Below, one piece after another: positions 21,276 to 31,458 of a DNA stretch of 64,000 nt. The stretch is from Candidatus Woesearchaeota archaeon (lineage in GTDB: Archaea; Nanobdellota; Nanobdellia; Pacearchaeales; GW2011-AR1): positions 7,777 to 71,776 of the forward strand of contig CAZHOH010000005.1 in NCBI GenBank assembly GCA_964534185.1, in the 5' to 3' direction. The notes under the pieces are model-generated. The model searched no databases and was not told where the DNA came from. It saw nothing but the letters and a program-made list of their open reading frames with translations. The stretch's first letter is position 1, and every line of letters begins with the position of its first letter. The position numbers and the translations under genes are program-made.

Positions 21276-22361
21276 CTAAAATAATAAAAAACTACTATGT
21301 GCCATTAAATAAGTTACAACAGATTCAGCTCCCTGATTTGTATTAACATCTTCTCGTGTAATTGCATCATAAATTCCTCCTTCTTCTCCAATTAATCTCA
21401 CTCTTTCAATATTCACTCCATTATACCAATCAAAAGTTTTCTCTGCAAAAGACTTATACTCTTCATTTCCAGTAGCCCTATAAGCAACATTAAAAGCTTC
21501 AACCATACATCCTGCTTCAACAGGTTGCTGGTCATAACGCGGCGGCTCTTCACCTTTAAAAAATTGCTCTCGGCTATACCACCCCTCCCCACCCTTATTC
21601 CCTTTATTTCCAATTGCATTAAATTTTCCTTTATCATCAAAACTAACTCCTGCCAAAAAATTCAAACTTTCCTCAGCAACTTCCAATCCATAAGGATAAC
21701 CTCCAAGAGCACGAACACCCTCGAACATTGCCTGAGGCAGACGCGCATTACAATAAATTAATTTATGAGAAAACCAATCCCATCCATTTTGAGAATTCGC
21801 TTCATAATCTCTTTTCAAGTCTTTTGTTAAATCCAAAATATGTTTTCTAACCTTAAGATTTTCATCAACATCTAAATATTTTGAAAGCCCAATTAAAGTT
21901 AATGCTTTGGGATGAACAAAATCTGAACCAAGAATCCTTCCAATACCTTCTTCAATATATTCATCCAAATCATGTTTAACTTCTCTTTTTTCATAATCAG
22001 GAAAATCAGAATGTAAAAACTCTGCCAATCCCCAAACCACCCGCCCAAAACTATCATCAGACAGCTCAACTCCTTCAACTCTTTTTCCAGAAATATCCTG
22101 ATAATTACAAAAACGTCCTTCTTCCATTTCTCCCCTTTTAATAAAATCTAATAAAACTTCATGTTTCCTGTCATCATCAAATCGCGAAGAATATCGCGAC
22201 AAAACAATCAAAGCACGACTGGCATCATCAATACTATAAGGGTAAGGATTATCACCCTCCTCCTTACTAGGTACAGCTCCCTTTGAATGCTGAACAATCC
22301 CAACATCATCCATACTCTTCAATACTCTTTTCAATTGCGCTTCAGGAAATTCTCTAACCAT
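21276..22361 (-). CDS. Hypothetical protein, possibly a six-hairpin (alpha/alpha)6 glycosidase-like fold
   Basis: 361 aa. GIVQHSKGAVPSKEEGDNPYPYSIDDASRALIVL and repeated W/Y-rich helical segments suggest this fold; the assignment is weak. Confidence 0.3.
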   Translation of the reverse strand: MVREFPEAQLKRVLKSMDDVGIVQHSKGAVPSKEEGDNPYPYSIDDASRALIVLSRYSSRFDDDRKHEVLLDFIKRGEMEEGRFCNYQDISGKRVEGVELSDDSFGRVVWGLAEFLHSDFPDYEKREVKHDLDEYIEEGIGRILGSDFVHPKALTLIGLSKYLDVDENLKVRKHILDLTKDLKRDYEANSQNGWDWFSHKLIYCNARLPQAMFEGVRALGGYPYGLEVAEESLNFLAGVSFDDKGKFNAIGNKGNKGGEGWYSREQFFKGEEPPRYDQQPVEAGCMVEAFNVAYRATGNEEYKSFAEKTFDWYNGVNIERVRLIGEEGGIYDAITREDVNTNQGAESVVTYLMAHSSFLLF

Positions 22362-22411
22362 AAATTTAAGCTATTAGTTACCTTTAAAAATATTTTCATC
22401 CTCCAACTAAA

Positions 22412-24151
22412 ATGGTCTTGCTCTTTGATTATGTTAAAAAATACAAAAAACTCCTTATCACAGCATTAGTTCTCGCAACAATAAATCAAGTATTTTCATT
22501 ATTAGACCCCCAAATTGTAAGACTTCTAATAGATAACTATGCAACAAAGTTCGACCAGTTAGAGCCAAATGTCTTTCTTAAAGGAGTCGGACTTCTTTTG
22601 ATAGCCTTTGTTGGAGTTGCATTCATTTCAAGAGTTGCAAAAAACTTTCAGGATTATTATGTTAATGCAATAACTCAAAGAGTCGGAACAGATATGTATT
22701 CAGATAGTGTCCAGCACACTTTCTCTCTTCCTTTCAGTGTTTTCGAAGACCGCCGTTCAGGAGAAGTCCTCCAAAAAATGCAAAAAGCAAGACAAGATTC
22801 CCAAAAGCTAATCGAAAGCATGATAAATATAGTCTTCTTATCTTTAGTAGGATTCGTTTTTGTTTTAATCTATTCATTCTACGTCCATTGGGCAATTGGT
22901 TTAACTTTTAGTATTGCAATGCCCGGAATAGGTTTGTTCATATTTACAATAAGTAGAAAAATCAGAAAAGCACAAAAAGAAATAGTAAGAGAAGGCGCAG
23001 AACTCTCTGGCTCAACAACAGAAACACTAAGAAACGTCGAACTTGTAAAAAGTCTCGGACTTGAAACTCAGGAAATAAATAGGCTAAATAGCGTTAATGA
23101 AAAAATACTAGACTTAGAACTCAAAAAAATAAAATATATTAGATTACTAAGTTTCACACAAGGAACAATCGTAAACGGTGTAAGAGCAGGACTATTATTT
23201 TTAATGCTTTTCTTATTATACAAAACACAAATTTCCTTAGGAGAATTCCTAAGTCTTTTCTTTTACAGCTTTTTCCTTTTCGCGCCTTTAGGAGAATTAG
23301 GAAACGTAGTTTCAAGTTATCAGGAAGCAAAAGCAAGCAACGAACAATTAGAAGAAATACTAAACATAAAACCAGAACCAAAACCTAAAAACATAAAATC
23401 CCTCAAGTCAGTAGAAAAAATCAACTTCAAAAATGTTTCATTCAGCTATTCAAACGGAAAAGAATCTCTCAAAAATATAAATTTAGAAATAAACAAAGGA
23501 GATAAAATTGCATTTGCAGGCCCAAGCGGAAGCGGAAAAACAACAATGACAAAAATACTTTTAGGACTTTACAAACCAACAAAAGGAACACTCTCTTTCA
23601 ATACCATCTCTCATAAAAACTTAGATTACAGCTCATTAAGAAAGAACATAGGGCTAGTGTCACAAGGAACACAATTATTCGCAGGAACAATAAGAGAAAA
23701 TCTGACTTTTGTAAATCCAAAAGCAACAGACAAAGACTGCATAGAATCCTTAAAAATGGCATCGGCAATTCATTTAATAGAAAAATCAGAAAAAGGGTTA
23801 GATACAAAAATAGGAGAAGGTGGAATAAAATTATCAGGCGGAGAAAAACAAAGACTCGCAATTGCAAGAGCATTACTAAGAAAACCAGATATTCTAGTCT
23901 TCGATGAAGCAACAAGCGCCTTAGACTCTTTAACAGAAAAACAAATCACAGAAACAATAAAAAGAATTTCAAAACAAAAACCCGGATTAATAATTATAAC
24001 TATCGCTCATAGATTATCAACAATTTCCCACGTAGATAAAATCTATGTTTTTGAAAAAGGAAGAATCGTAGAGCAGGGGAATCACAAAGCTCTCATAAAA
24101 AACAAGGCGCTTTACTACGCGCTATGGACAGAACAAAGAGCAGAAAACTAA
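22412..24151 (+). CDS. ABC exporter, fused permease and ATPase (MsbA/MdlB type)
   Basis: Six-TM N-terminal half. Walker A GPSGSGKTT, signature LSGGEKQRLAIARA, Walker B ILVFDEATSALD. Confidence 0.9.
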   Translation: MVLLFDYVKKYKKLLITALVLATINQVFSLLDPQIVRLLIDNYATKFDQLEPNVFLKGVGLLLIAFVGVAFISRVAKNFQDYYVNAITQRVGTDMYSDSVQHTFSLPFSVFEDRRSGEVLQKMQKARQDSQKLIESMINIVFLSLVGFVFVLIYSFYVHWAIGLTFSIAMPGIGLFIFTISRKIRKAQKEIVREGAELSGSTTETLRNVELVKSLGLETQEINRLNSVNEKILDLELKKIKYIRLLSFTQGTIVNGVRAGLLFLMLFLLYKTQISLGEFLSLFFYSFFLFAPLGELGNVVSSYQEAKASNEQLEEILNIKPEPKPKNIKSLKSVEKINFKNVSFSYSNGKESLKNINLEINKGDKIAFAGPSGSGKTTMTKILLGLYKPTKGTLSFNTISHKNLDYSSLRKNIGLVSQGTQLFAGTIRENLTFVNPKATDKDCIESLKMASAIHLIEKSEKGLDTKIGEGGIKLSGGEKQRLAIARALLRKPDILVFDEATSALDSLTEKQITETIKRISKQKPGLIIITIAHRLSTISHVDKIYVFEKGRIVEQGNHKALIKNKALYYALWTEQRAEN

Positions 24152-24645
24152 ACCTCTCTTTTCTCCAAAATCTTTTTCAGCTTCCCTCTTTTATCCTCTA
24201 CAACAATATATCCTACACAATTTTCACTTCCACACTTACAAGGATGCTCTTCCCAGCTGTCTAAATCATAACAATAATCATAAGTTATCTCCTCTCCCTT
24301 TTTTATCTCTCTAACAGCAATAATCCAAATCCGCCCGTCCTGAATGTCAGTCTCGCAGTTAGGTTCGCACGAATGATTAATCAACCGCGCAGTATTCCAT
24401 TCAACATTTCCATCAATATCATACCTCTTATTCAACTCAAACAAATAAACAGCCCCTTTGTCTGGATTTTCTTTATTCGCATCCAAATCCCTGTCAGCAA
24501 TTTCATCAGATTCTTTTTTAGTCACCTTCCGCCCTACATACTCAATAACTTTAGTCCCTTTAGGAATATCTTTCGCAGCAAAAACTCCTTTATTATGAAT
24601 TCCAGAATTCTTTACAACAATCCACTCACTTTTTGTAGACTCCAT
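24148..24645 (-). CDS. SET-domain protein lysine methyltransferase
   Basis: NHSCEPNCE, GEEITYDYCYD, and a post-SET CKCGSENCVGYI. Confidence 0.85.
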   Translation of the reverse strand: MESTKSEWIVVKNSGIHNKGVFAAKDIPKGTKVIEYVGRKVTKKESDEIADRDLDANKENPDKGAVYLFELNKRYDIDGNVEWNTARLINHSCEPNCETDIQDGRIWIIAVREIKKGEEITYDYCYDLDSWEEHPCKCGSENCVGYIVVEDKRGKLKKILEKREV

Positions 24646-24687
24646 GAACTTAAAAAAATCAACTACACTTTAAAAACTTTCACTATC

Positions 24688-24882
24688 TTAATGTCGGCAA
24701 TTATAATCTATAAATTCTCCTTCAGAATCTACTACACTTCCTTGTTCCTGAGAATCAGTAGGACAACCCCGATACCATCTGCTATCTGGCTCTACATCTA
24801 ACACAATCCCCATAACAGTACAATATCCTTCTTCCATGTTTGATTCATCTTCTGTTGCTCTTCTTTCTCGATTTGGTTCCAT
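24688..24882 (-). CDS. Small acidic hypothetical protein
   Basis: 64-aa ORF between the SET and U32 genes on the same strand; no motif recognised. Confidence 0.25.
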   Translation of the reverse strand: MEPNRERRATEDESNMEEGYCTVMGIVLDVEPDSRWYRGCPTDSQEQGSVVDSEGEFIDYNCRH

Positions 24883-24912
24883 AAATCTTCCATAACAAAA
24901 TACTTTTTAAAA

Positions 24913-26151
24913 TTATCCCTTCTCTTTTAAAACATACAATTTGTCCCCCTCCCTAACCCTTTCCCCAACAGGCATTGTAAAATTCTCACCCTTAACTGCT
25001 TTTGAAGAATCAGAATCATCAACAAAAATACTCTTAACTTTTCCCTTAACAACCCCTGTCTTGCTTCCAATAATTAAAAACTCCTCCCCAACTTTAATCT
25101 CCTCTTTTTGCAAAACAAACTCTCCGATACCAGCTTTAGGAAAATAATGCTTCACAATTCCAACAAAATGTTTTTCATGAATTGCCTGACTTCCATAACT
25201 CCCACTCCACTCCCCCAACTCCTCTCCCAAATAATAACCTCCATACCAAAAACCCCTATTAAAAACTTTTTTCAATTCCCTGATCCAATGAGCAATTTTA
25301 TCTTCATTATAACTTCCATCAAAATAAGATTCAACAGCTTCTTTATAACATTTAACAACACTATAAACATAATCAGCACTCCTGCCTCGCCCCTCAATTT
25401 TCAAAACACTCGTCCCAGAATCAATAATCTTATCAATAAAATTTATAGTGCACAAATCTTTCGGCGACATCACATAATTATTTTCAATTTTTAATTCATC
25501 CCCTGTTTCTTCATCAGTAACAATATATTTACGACGACACGCCTGCAAACAATCCCCGCGATTAGCAGAATGATTATACTGCGCAAGACTCATATAACAT
25601 TTTCCAGAAATTGCAACACACAAAGCACCATGAACAAAAATCTCAATTTTAACTAACTCTCCTTTAGGCCCACGAACATCTTGTTTCTCAATCTCATAAA
25701 AAATATTTTTTATTTGCTCAAGTTTCAGTTCACGAGCAAGAACAACAACATCTGCAAACTTTGAAAAAAATTTCACAGCCTCAATATTTGAAATATTTGT
25801 TTGCGTCGACATATGAACTTCCAGTCCAATAGAACGCGCGTATTCAATAGCCGCCATATCTGTCACAATAACTGCAGTAATCCCCATCTCTTTCGCCTTG
25901 TCACAAATACTTTTCATATAATCCAAATCATTATCATAAAGAACTGTGTTAACTGTAAGATAACTTTTAACATTATTCTCTTTACAAATTCCTACAACTT
26001 TTTCCAAATCATCAATTGTAAAATTCAATGCCGCCCGAGCCCGCATATTCAACTTCCCAACGCCAAAATAAACAGAGTCAGCCCCTGATTTAATCGCAGC
26101 AGCCAGACTTTCAAAATTACCCACGGGTGCCATAACTTCCACTTTACTCAT
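24913..26151 (-). CDS. Peptidase U32 family protein (TrhP/RlhA-type RNA hydroxylation family)
   Basis: The N-terminus VEVMAPVGNFESLAAAIKSGADSVYFGVGKLNMRA is typical of U32. 412 aa, including the C-terminal barrel region. Confidence 0.8.
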   Translation of the reverse strand: MSKVEVMAPVGNFESLAAAIKSGADSVYFGVGKLNMRARAALNFTIDDLEKVVGICKENNVKSYLTVNTVLYDNDLDYMKSICDKAKEMGITAVIVTDMAAIEYARSIGLEVHMSTQTNISNIEAVKFFSKFADVVVLARELKLEQIKNIFYEIEKQDVRGPKGELVKIEIFVHGALCVAISGKCYMSLAQYNHSANRGDCLQACRRKYIVTDEETGDELKIENNYVMSPKDLCTINFIDKIIDSGTSVLKIEGRGRSADYVYSVVKCYKEAVESYFDGSYNEDKIAHWIRELKKVFNRGFWYGGYYLGEELGEWSGSYGSQAIHEKHFVGIVKHYFPKAGIGEFVLQKEEIKVGEEFLIIGSKTGVVKGKVKSIFVDDSDSSKAVKGENFTMPVGERVREGDKLYVLKEKG

Positions 26152-26232
26152 ACAAAATCTTCAACAATCCACTTTAAAAAACTATACTTAACAATTGACA
26201 AGTTTTATAAATAAAAACAAACATCTTCAAAC

Positions 26233-27159
26233 ATGCAAGACAAAATACAAATCCTGTTATTTTACAAATTTATAGAAATAAAAAAACCAGAAAAGTTCAT
26301 AAAAGAACATTTAAAATTCTGCAAAGACTTAAATGTAAAAGGAAAAGTATTAGTTAGCACAGAAGGAATCAATGGAAGCATTTCAGGAACACAATCACAA
26401 ATTGAAGAATACAAAAAACAACTAACTTCTTACAAAGAATTTTCAGACATAGTATTCAAACAGGAGTCAGGATTAGAACACCCTTTCAAAAAGATGAATG
26501 TTAGATTAAGAAAAGAAATAGTCGCATTCGGAAAAATAGTAAACACAAAACAAGGTGGCCAATACATAACTGCAGAACAATTAAAACAACTTTACGAAAA
26601 TAAGGAAGAATTCCTAATACTTGACGCAAGAAACGACTACGAATACAAAGTCGGCAAATTCAAAGATGCAATACAACTAAACATAAAAACTTTCAAGCAG
26701 TTTCCAGAAGCACTTGCCAAAATTGAAAATTTCAAAGACAAAAAAATAATAACTTATTGTACAGGAGGGATAAGATGCGAAAAAGCATCTGCTTATATGA
26801 AACAAAAAGGTTTCAAAAATGTTTACCAGTTAAAAGACGGCATAATCACTTTCGGACAAAAATTCCCAGCAACATTTTGGCAAGGAAAATGTTTTGTATT
26901 CGACAAAAGACTTGTCAGTGACATTAACAACACAAACGAAACAATCAGCAACTGTCACACCTGCAACACCCCCTCAGATTTATACAGAAACTGCAGAAAC
27001 ACAGAATGCGACAAACTCTATATCCAATGCAAAGATTGTCAGGAAAATTTCAACGGCTGCTGCTCAAAACAATGTTTTGAGAAATTCAAAGAACAATGCA
27101 TACAAAAATCATTCAGAAACCAACACAAATTAAAACCTAGTCCCGTCCAAACTTCTTAA
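26233..27159 (+). CDS. trhO: Rhodanese-domain tRNA uridine(34) hydroxylase TrhO (YceA/UPF0176)
   Basis: LLFYKFIEI..., STEGINGSISG, rhodanese loop YCTGGIRCEKAS, and a Cys-rich tail CHTCNTPSDLYRNCRNTECDKLYIQCKDC. Confidence 0.8.
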   Translation: MQDKIQILLFYKFIEIKKPEKFIKEHLKFCKDLNVKGKVLVSTEGINGSISGTQSQIEEYKKQLTSYKEFSDIVFKQESGLEHPFKKMNVRLRKEIVAFGKIVNTKQGGQYITAEQLKQLYENKEEFLILDARNDYEYKVGKFKDAIQLNIKTFKQFPEALAKIENFKDKKIITYCTGGIRCEKASAYMKQKGFKNVYQLKDGIITFGQKFPATFWQGKCFVFDKRLVSDINNTNETISNCHTCNTPSDLYRNCRNTECDKLYIQCKDCQENFNGCCSKQCFEKFKEQCIQKSFRNQHKLKPSPVQTS

Positions 27160-27468
27160 TTCTAACCTGTTCTTTTCAGCATATCTTTGCATATTTTCAA
27201 AAGCTTCATGAAGTTCACTAAATCGATACTTTCCATTTTCCCTTATTTCTCCATCAACTTCTTCATGAGAAGGAACAGGAATCCAAGGATTGTTTGAAGG
27301 ATTTCCATCACTATCCCTACAGGATGTAGAAACCATATACCTTCCTTCTTCATCCTCTACTATACGGATATTTCCCAATATCCAAAGACTTTTTGAAGGA
27401 CTATCAAGATACTTAGGAGAATCACAAAGCATACGAAAAATACTTCTCTCTTCACCTCTCTCAAACAT
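27130..27468 (-). CDS. Hypothetical protein
   Basis: 112-aa ORF. Its 3' end overlaps trhO convergently by 30 nt. Confidence 0.35.
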   Translation of the reverse strand: MFERGEERSIFRMLCDSPKYLDSPSKSLWILGNIRIVEDEEGRYMVSTSCRDSDGNPSNNPWIPVPSHEEVDGEIRENGKYRFSELHEAFENMQRYAEKNRLELRSLDGTRF

Positions 27469-27564
27469 AACTCAAAAAATCTCCCAACCTTTAAAAAACT
27501 TACTACACCCCATTTATACATTCATCACATAAAAATTTAAAAATACAGCCTAAAACCAAGAATC

Positions 27565-29019
27565 ATGGCAAAAGACAAAAATTATGGCCTCCCTAATAAT
27601 TGTGATACAAATAGCCAACCATTTGCAGTTTATCGGGTGGAAGGAAGGACCCATGATAAAGGCGGAGGAATTACAGTAAAAAAAGCAATGAAAGTCTTCT
27701 TTGAGAATCATCCTTATAAAGCAAGAATTGATGTACTCAGAGGGGGAGACAAAGAATTTAAGGCAACTGTAAGTTTTTTCTATGACGGAAATCCAGATAT
27801 TAGCATAACTGCCCTCCAAAAGCACATTGAACAAAGTGGCAACATGACAGAAAGTAATCCTAAAAAACCCCAAATTAGGATAACTCCTATTCCATTTCAA
27901 GGAGATTTAGAAGGCAGAATTGAAGATGCACACCCGGATTATATAGCATGGCAAAAAACAGTACAAGGATTAAACCAGCAATTAAAAGAATATCAAGAAC
28001 AGGTAACAGAAAGAGATGAAACAATTGAAGATCTAACAACAACATTAAACTCAAGACAAAAAGTTATTTCTGAAAAAGATAGAGAATTAAAAACATTAAG
28101 AGAATCTATAGCTCATCAATCACATAGAAGTCCTCTAAAAGCAATTTTAGAAAGTTATGGCAGACAATTTGAAGAACCCTTATTTGAAGTTTATTCAGAT
28201 TTAGAAACATTAGCCTCTCAGGGAGATATTAATCTCTTTTCAAAAGCAAATGAAATTGAGGGATTGCCTGCATATATCAATGCCAAACTAGGTTTTAATT
28301 TTGAAAGTAATGAACAGGCAGAAGAAGCAATGTCTCAAGCTGTAAAATATGACAAATGGGAAGATACTCCTGAAGCCCAAAAACTAGGATTAGATTCTTT
28401 AGAAGAACAGAAAAAAGAGCTTGAAAAAGACAAACAATTCTTGGATAAATATCAAGGAGATGCAAGTAAAAACTTGATAGAAGTAGCAAATGCAGATATT
28501 GGCTCAAGACAAAAAGAAATAGACGAAACAGAAGCTCACATAAATCAAGAAAGAGATTCTTTTAATAAATTAAAACAAGCCGCTACCCAACTTTCAGGCA
28601 CAGACCTAAATCAATCTTATGAAAACTTTGCAAATATCAAAAATAACTCAGAAGAAAGAAGAAGCTCAAATACTCAAATACCTATAATAATCTCTACGCA
28701 AAGAGGAGAAAAACCTTCTTTTGAAATATTTGTACCTTCAGTTATAGACTCAAAAAATCCTTTTGAAAACCATATTGAAAATGTTCTAAATTCTTTTTTA
28801 TCAGACGATGGAGGGTATCATCTAGGACCAAAAGTCCATGATACTGAAGGTTTTGTTAGATATGTGGTAAAAGAAGGAGATAGACCAAGAATGAGTGATA
28901 AAGGAGTAAATACCCTAACAAACTTATTCGGAAAAACAAATATTCAAGACCAAACAATAAGTACCTTAGGATTAAATTTAAAGTCAATAGTTCTAACAGA
29001 AGTTTCAGATAAAAAATAA
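27565..29019 (+). CDS. Hypothetical coiled-coil protein (globular N and C domains joined by an ~250-aa coiled coil)
   Basis: 484 aa with a long heptad-like, Q/E/K-rich centre (QQLKEYQEQVTERDETIEDLTTTLNSRQKVISEKDRELKTLRES...). Confidence 0.5.
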   Translation: MAKDKNYGLPNNCDTNSQPFAVYRVEGRTHDKGGGITVKKAMKVFFENHPYKARIDVLRGGDKEFKATVSFFYDGNPDISITALQKHIEQSGNMTESNPKKPQIRITPIPFQGDLEGRIEDAHPDYIAWQKTVQGLNQQLKEYQEQVTERDETIEDLTTTLNSRQKVISEKDRELKTLRESIAHQSHRSPLKAILESYGRQFEEPLFEVYSDLETLASQGDINLFSKANEIEGLPAYINAKLGFNFESNEQAEEAMSQAVKYDKWEDTPEAQKLGLDSLEEQKKELEKDKQFLDKYQGDASKNLIEVANADIGSRQKEIDETEAHINQERDSFNKLKQAATQLSGTDLNQSYENFANIKNNSEERRSSNTQIPIIISTQRGEKPSFEIFVPSVIDSKNPFENHIENVLNSFLSDDGGYHLGPKVHDTEGFVRYVVKEGDRPRMSDKGVNTLTNLFGKTNIQDQTISTLGLNLKSIVLTEVSDKK

Positions 29020-30099
29020 TTAAATTCGAATCTCTAGCTCTTTCCGATAATCTATATACAACTTATCAAGCCTACGCGTCCTATTCTTAATAATTTCCGT
29101 CGGTATTTTCTTTAATTTTGAAGCCGCAGTTCCAGGACGCGAAGAAAAACTTGCCTTATTTATGACTTCAGGTTTAATCTCAGAAACCAAATCCAAAGTC
29201 ATCTGAAAATCTTCTTCACTTTCAGTCGGATAACCTACAATAACATCAGTCGCAATTGTAACCTCAGAAAAATTCGCGCGAAAAACCTTTACAACTTCTT
29301 TAAACTCTTCAACAGTATGAATTCTTTTCATATCTTTCAAAACTTTCTCACTCCCGCTTTGAACAGGAATATGAATAAATTTCATAATCTTATTATTCCT
29401 AAAACTCTTAATAAGCAAAGACAAAATTTTTCTCAAATGCCAAGGATTCATCATTCCAACTCTTATTTTATAATCTCCTTTAACTTGAACAACTTCATTT
29501 AACAATTCAGGAAGATTCGTCCCAATATCTTTTCCATAACACCCATTATCTTGCGAAGTCAGGTAAATTTTTTCACAACCTTCATTAACAGCTTTTTCAA
29601 CAGCTCTTTTAATATCTCCAATTCGATAAGACTTCAAATTCCCTCTAGACAATTTCGTCGCGCAAAATGTACAATTATTCAAACAACCCTCTCCTATAGG
29701 GACAATTCCAATCTTTTTATCTTTACGAATAATCGGACTCAAAACACGATTCTCCTTTTTATCAGAAAAATATCTCCCACCTTCAACCAAAACCTCTTCA
29801 ACATCCATAATAGAATTTGTATCAAAAACTCCTCTAACCAAAGGAACATGCTCATCAACTTTCAAAGTCTTTGTCAGACAACCGCCAACATAAACCTCTT
29901 TATCAGCAACCTGCTCCCGAATATAATGCAAAATCTTAGACTGTGTTTTATTCTTCACAGAACACGAATTAACAATTATCTTATCCGCCTCGTTCTCGCT
30001 CCCAACAATTTCATGCCCACGAGATTCCAAAATCCCTGCCATCCTCTCTGAATCAGCAATGTTCGCCTGACACCCATAAGTTTTAATAAAAATTTTCAT
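29020..30099 (-). CDS. MiaB/MtaB-family radical SAM methylthiotransferase lacking the C-terminal TRAM domain
   Basis: UPF0004 N-domain KTYGCQANIADSERMAGIL...NSCSV and radical SAM GCLNNCTFCATK. Only 359 aa, ending shortly after the radical SAM core. Confidence 0.8.
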   Translation of the reverse strand: MKIFIKTYGCQANIADSERMAGILESRGHEIVGSENEADKIIVNSCSVKNKTQSKILHYIREQVADKEVYVGGCLTKTLKVDEHVPLVRGVFDTNSIMDVEEVLVEGGRYFSDKKENRVLSPIIRKDKKIGIVPIGEGCLNNCTFCATKLSRGNLKSYRIGDIKRAVEKAVNEGCEKIYLTSQDNGCYGKDIGTNLPELLNEVVQVKGDYKIRVGMMNPWHLRKILSLLIKSFRNNKIMKFIHIPVQSGSEKVLKDMKRIHTVEEFKEVVKVFRANFSEVTIATDVIVGYPTESEEDFQMTLDLVSEIKPEVINKASFSSRPGTAASKLKKIPTEIIKNRTRRLDKLYIDYRKELEIRI

Positions 30100-30150
30100 A
30101 ATGAATCAGGATAAAAAGAATTTATAAAATTATCCAAGATAAAAAATTTA

Positions 30151-30840
30151 CTATGAACATTCAGGATATGTAACTCCTGAGATAGTAAGTTGCCAAATAT
30201 TGTCTTCTCTTTCTATTAAACATGCTTCATCATTAATTTCCCATTCCCCATTTTCACAGCTTTTAATACCACATGCCACTCCTGGCGCCGGATCACAATA
30301 AGGTTTACTAGAACATGTTTGAGGATCGACACAACTATAATATTTTGGATACTCTTTACCATCGTCCCCAATACAAGGGGTTGTATTCTCTACAATTGAA
30401 AAATAATCCTCAGAAACTCCTTCAATAAAACCAGATTCCTCATCACCACTATAACGAATGTGTATAAGGAACTTATCTGTTTCGCGACCAATATATGCAT
30501 GACTAGGAATTGTCCATTCGTAAGATCCAGATTTGATATCTTCAATATCTAAAATAGCTATTTCCCCCATATCATTACTATAGATATCTCCAGTATGTCT
30601 CCACGTATAAAGAATAGACACTGTTCCCTCCTTAGCTTCTTTAGAAGTAGCTCCACTCCATTTAATTGTGTAAGTATTCCCAGCAACAAAAACTTCTCCC
30701 CCTTTGGGCGAGATGACTTCAATTTCAGATACCGTGGATGGTTGATTGTTTAAAGGAATAAATCTAATTAAAACATAACCTGCCAAAACAAGTAATAAGA
30801 TTAACAAGAATAGACTCCCAATCAAGATTACTTTTTTCAT
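30151..30840 (-). CDS. Membrane-anchored extracellular protein with a Cys-rich C-terminus
   Basis: Anchor VILIGSLFLLILLLVLAGYVLI. The beta-rich GGEVFVAGNTYTIKWSG segment is followed by a C-rich tail. Confidence 0.4.
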   Translation of the reverse strand: MKKVILIGSLFLLILLLVLAGYVLIRFIPLNNQPSTVSEIEVISPKGGEVFVAGNTYTIKWSGATSKEAKEGTVSILYTWRHTGDIYSNDMGEIAILDIEDIKSGSYEWTIPSHAYIGRETDKFLIHIRYSGDEESGFIEGVSEDYFSIVENTTPCIGDDGKEYPKYYSCVDPQTCSSKPYCDPAPGVACGIKSCENGEWEINDEACLIEREDNIWQLTISGVTYPECS

Positions 30841-30978
30841 ACATAATTAAAGAAAATACGTTTTAAAAATACTCCTTTTTTTCTGCTATGAAATAATTAA
30901 TGATTCACCAAAGATATCACAGAAAAACTAAAACCCTCAAGAGAATTTATAAAACTATGGAAAATTTAAATATCTCTA

Positions 30979-31410
30979 ATGCAAGGTTACCCTATGAAAG
31001 ATTTTAATTATCTAAAAAAAGCTATAGACTTATCAAAATTAGCTCCTGGCGGAAAAAACTTTCGTGTAGGTGCAATGATTGTAAAAAATAATAAAATAAT
31101 TTCTCAAGGACATAGTTGGGAATTCGGAAAGGGAACTCACGCAGAGGAAAATGCTTTTTCAAAAATTAATAAAGGAGGATCAAAAGGCGCAACCTTATAT
31201 TGTTCCATGGCTCCTTGCACAAATCGTTCATCAGGAAAAGAATCTTGTCTAGAAAGAGCACACAAACAAGGAATTAAAAGAATTGTCTATGCTTGTATCG
31301 CTCCCGATGAAAATCCTAAAAATTTATTAAATTCCCCTATAGAATTAATTCATATTAAAGATTTAGAAAAAACAGCTCAAGAAGTAAATACTCACTTAAA
31401 TAGGGAATAA
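30979..31410 (+). CDS. Cytidine/deoxycytidylate deaminase-fold protein (RibD-like zinc-motif spacing)
   Basis: THAEENAF and CSMAPCTNRSSGKESC, i.e. an HAE ... PC-x9-C zinc site. Confidence 0.7.
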   Translation: MQGYPMKDFNYLKKAIDLSKLAPGGKNFRVGAMIVKNNKIISQGHSWEFGKGTHAEENAFSKINKGGSKGATLYCSMAPCTNRSSGKESCLERAHKQGIKRIVYACIAPDENPKNLLNSPIELIHIKDLEKTAQEVNTHLNRE

Positions 31411-31458
31411 AATTGTCCAATAACAAAAAAATAATAAAAATAATAAAAATAAAAACGA

